Assembly (NCBI GenBank): GCA_020632535.1
Contig: JACKFJ010000001.1
Location: 26,890-90,889, forward strand
Origin: Candidatus Omnitrophota bacterium
GTDB taxonomy: Bacteria > Omnitrophota > Gorgyraeia > Zapsychrales > JANLHA01
DNA length: 64,000 nt
Reading direction: 5' to 3'
Shown here one piece after another: positions 61,888-64,000 of this stretch. Both the position numbers and the translations under genes were made by a program. Position 1 is the first letter of the stretch, and each line of letters opens with the position of its first letter. The notes beneath the pieces are model-generated. The model ran no database searches, was not told the origin of the DNA, and saw nothing but the letters and a program-made list of their open reading frames with translations.

Positions 61888-63759
61888 ATGCTAAAAGTTC
61901 TTTTATTGCAAGACACAGGTTTTTCTCATTCTGTGCGTATTCATTGGGATGCTGTCTTTGAAAACCGTGAAATTCTCTTTCTTGATCCCCCAACAGAACA
62001 TGATTTGCAGTGTTATCAAAAAGAAAATTTTACGCAAATAACTGCACCAGACATTAGTAATCAGGACCGAGAGAAATTTCTTTTTGAATATGTTGATTTC
62101 ATTGGACAATTGAGTCAACAATTCCATGATCGTTTATGGTGGGCCACCGATCTTTCTTCTAAAAATAGGTTTAACTCCAATCTCCCGCTATATTTACAGC
62201 ATATTCTTACGATACGCAAAATACTTTTTGCTCGTCTTCCTGACGGGGAAGGAAAGGAATCTGTCCTTGTCATTGCCGGCGTGCCATGGCAAATGATGAA
62301 TGATTTGAATCAATATTTAGCTTATCAGGGAGTAATGTGCTTGAGTTTTGAAAAAGTATTTCAAAATAAAGCTGTAGTTTGCCTGACGTTTGTGCGACGT
62401 ACTTTGGCATTGTTGCGGCAATATTGCGTCACGATTTATCGATCCATAAGGGCCAAACAAGTACTCGGGAGTTTTTTGCAAAAGCAATTTGCTGACAGTT
62501 CAAAGTGTACTCTTATTAAGACATTTATTTATGATCACTCGTTTGTAAAGCAAGGCGAATATCATGATGCATTTTTTTGCGATCTGGTTTCGAATTTACA
62601 AAAAGAAGGGCCAGTTGTTATTTTTGCAAATATTCTTGGCAACTTTGAATATTGTTTGAAAAAAATTCGCGACATTAGGGGTATCACAATTATTCCTATG
62701 GAATATTTGGCTGACCCTTTGACAATTCTTCGCGCGCATTGGCAAGCTTGGACGTATCGGATCAAGATTAAAAAGCATATGCTGTTTGATGGCATACCAA
62801 TTCTTTCTACAGTGAATAATGAATTGTTGAGCACGTTTTGTCGGATACGCCCGTATCAACTATTGCATTATGATTATTTGTCTCAATTGCTTAAAAAAAT
62901 CTCTGTTGATCGTTTTATTACCAGTTTTGAAAATAATCCATGGGAAAAAATGTGTTTTTTGGCTTTGCGGCAATTTTCTCCGCAAACAGCTATTATCGGC
63001 TATCAGCATACGGTTGTGCCGCAGGCATCTGTGAATATGTTCATAAGTAAACTTGAGGAGAGCATGATTCCACATCCGGATCGCTTATTGACGGTTGGCG
63101 AAGAACCATGTCATATTATTCAGAAGTATTCTTCCGCAAAAAGTTTTCCTGTGGAATCATCTTGCGCGTTACGATTCAAATACCTTTTTAATCTCAAAAC
63201 CCAACCTCGCCGCAATACAAAAACGATTTTGTTGGGTTTAGAGGGGATATTCGACGTTTATCATATGGTCAATTATGTCATGAAATATTTGTCACCGGAT
63301 TCAGGTTACAATGTGATTTTACGAACGCATCCGGTTTTGCCGTTGAAGGATTTTGAGCATAAGCTTAAATTTTCGATTAGCGAATTTAAAAACTTTACTG
63401 TCTCCAAAGGTTTATCCTTAAAGGATGATATTGAGCGATGTGACGCGGCCATTTATTGGGGCAGTACGGTAGGACTTGAGTCGCTTTGGGTTGGCCGGCC
63501 AGTTATTCATTACGACAATGGTTTCATATTAAGCTATGATCCGCTTTTTCAATGTCAAGATTTGAAATGGGTGGTTAAAGAAAACGATTCCCTTTTAGAC
63601 GTTTTAAAGCATATCTATTCAATGCCAGAGCAAGAGTTTGTCTTTCAACAGCAATCAGCCCGTAAATATCTTGAAAATTACTTCCATCCGATTGAACCTA
63701 AAGCCCTTAATTTGTTTACACTTAGGCCTCAAAATTTCTCCGTGAAAACCCCGTTTTAA
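61888..63759 (+). CDS. Hypothetical protein, possible GT-B-like surface-carbohydrate biosynthesis protein
   Basis: 623 aa and soluble. The C-terminal region ...CDAAIYWGSTVGLESLWVGRPVIHYD... resembles the C-terminal Rossmann half of GT-B enzymes. Weak call. Confidence 0.4.
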   Translation: MLKVLLLQDTGFSHSVRIHWDAVFENREILFLDPPTEHDLQCYQKENFTQITAPDISNQDREKFLFEYVDFIGQLSQQFHDRLWWATDLSSKNRFNSNLPLYLQHILTIRKILFARLPDGEGKESVLVIAGVPWQMMNDLNQYLAYQGVMCLSFEKVFQNKAVVCLTFVRRTLALLRQYCVTIYRSIRAKQVLGSFLQKQFADSSKCTLIKTFIYDHSFVKQGEYHDAFFCDLVSNLQKEGPVVIFANILGNFEYCLKKIRDIRGITIIPMEYLADPLTILRAHWQAWTYRIKIKKHMLFDGIPILSTVNNELLSTFCRIRPYQLLHYDYLSQLLKKISVDRFITSFENNPWEKMCFLALRQFSPQTAIIGYQHTVVPQASVNMFISKLEESMIPHPDRLLTVGEEPCHIIQKYSSAKSFPVESSCALRFKYLFNLKTQPRRNTKTILLGLEGIFDVYHMVNYVMKYLSPDSGYNVILRTHPVLPLKDFEHKLKFSISEFKNFTVSKGLSLKDDIERCDAAIYWGSTVGLESLWVGRPVIHYDNGFILSYDPLFQCQDLKWVVKENDSLLDVLKHIYSMPEQEFVFQQQSARKYLENYFHPIEPKALNLFTLRPQNFSVKTPF

Positions 63760-63762
63760 CCA

Positions 63763-63791
63763 TTGACACCCGAGGGATATTTGGATAGAAT
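63763..63791 (+). promoter_or_regulatory. Candidate sigma70 promoter for the carbamoyltransferase gene
   Basis: TTGACA (63763-63768), 17 nt, TAGAAT (63786-63791). RBS GGGAG precedes ATG 63845. Confidence 0.5.
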
Positions 63792-63844
63792 TCTGCCTTA
63801 ATCAAAGGCGTAAAGATACTTTAATTTCCTACCCTTGGGAGCTT

Positions 63845-64000
63845 ATGTCAGCCATATATGTCTTGGGCATTAATGTCAGTCATGACATTTCTGCGTGTCT
63901 TGTTAAAAATGGGGCTTTAGTGACCGCGATTGCCGAAGAGCGACTCAACCGGGTTAAAAGGTTTACCGGAGGAGTTGACCAAGAGGGGATGACAAATAAG
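63845..64000 (+). CDS. Carbamoyltransferase (NodU/CmcH family), N-terminal fragment; continues beyond the window
   Basis: MSAIYVLGINVSHDISACLVKNGALVTAIAEERLNRVKR matches the N-terminal ILGI..SHD.SA.L..DG....A.EEER..R.K pattern of the family. Confidence 0.7.
   Translation, partial: MSAIYVLGINVSHDISACLVKNGALVTAIAEERLNRVKRFTGGVDQEGMTNK

Noticed and set aside
1-64000. Prophage, IS element, integron, toxin-antitoxin or defence-island content, and rRNA/tRNA genes.
   Set aside because: I found no integrase, transposase or recombinase, no phage structural or cas/RM/Abi-like motifs, and no tRNA-like T-arm (GGTTCGAATCC-type) or rRNA sequence in any intergenic region. The only mobile-looking sequences are the short palindromic repeats.

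Overview
This is a chromosomal window from an AT-rich bacterium (roughly 40% GC by eye). The Mla system and an OM barrel indicate a diderm. Gene content and repeat types suggest an uncultivated lineage, but that is a guess. There are about 60 densely packed CDS, many translationally coupled through ATGA or 4-nt overlaps. I found no rRNA, tRNA, CRISPR array, transposase, integrase or recognisable defence genes.

Gene order:
- a partial OM porin
- a ParA/MinD-type ATPase fused to a glycogen-binding CBM48 domain
- rpsO-pnp, ftsK and a rodZ-like gene
- rimO-pgsA-wHTH-pgpA
- a CinA-C/PncC gene and a ZIP transporter, both on the minus strand
- a CBS protein and a PAS-GAF-GGDEF cyclase
- a Pro-rich tandem-repeat protein coupled to a 1147-aa YfhO-like membrane protein
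- a ~1025-aa secreted orphan protein and a TPR lipoprotein
- a yadG/yadH-like ABC exporter, a NuoF-like flavoprotein and metH
- a receiver domain followed by mlaEFD
- the tandem TSP1-repeat gene pair described below, with two small orphan genes
- ccdA, a GYD protein and metF
- a methyltransferase-GT2 fusion with three GT-C-type membrane glycosyltransferases
- a ~16.5-kb nonulosonic-acid/surface-glycan cluster running to the window end

The most unusual locus lies at 33.8-38.4 kb. Two tandem paralogous genes each combine a Flp/class-III (prepilin-like) N-terminus with 7-8 ADAMTS-type thrombospondin type-1 repeats and very Cys-rich, divergent C-terminal heads.

Superimposed on the gene map are at least six intergenic palindromic repeat elements of two related families, plus an in-frame cluster of small palindromic units inside a CDS. 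Several copies show compensatory base changes in their stems. All functional calls come from reading motifs by eye; no database search was possible.
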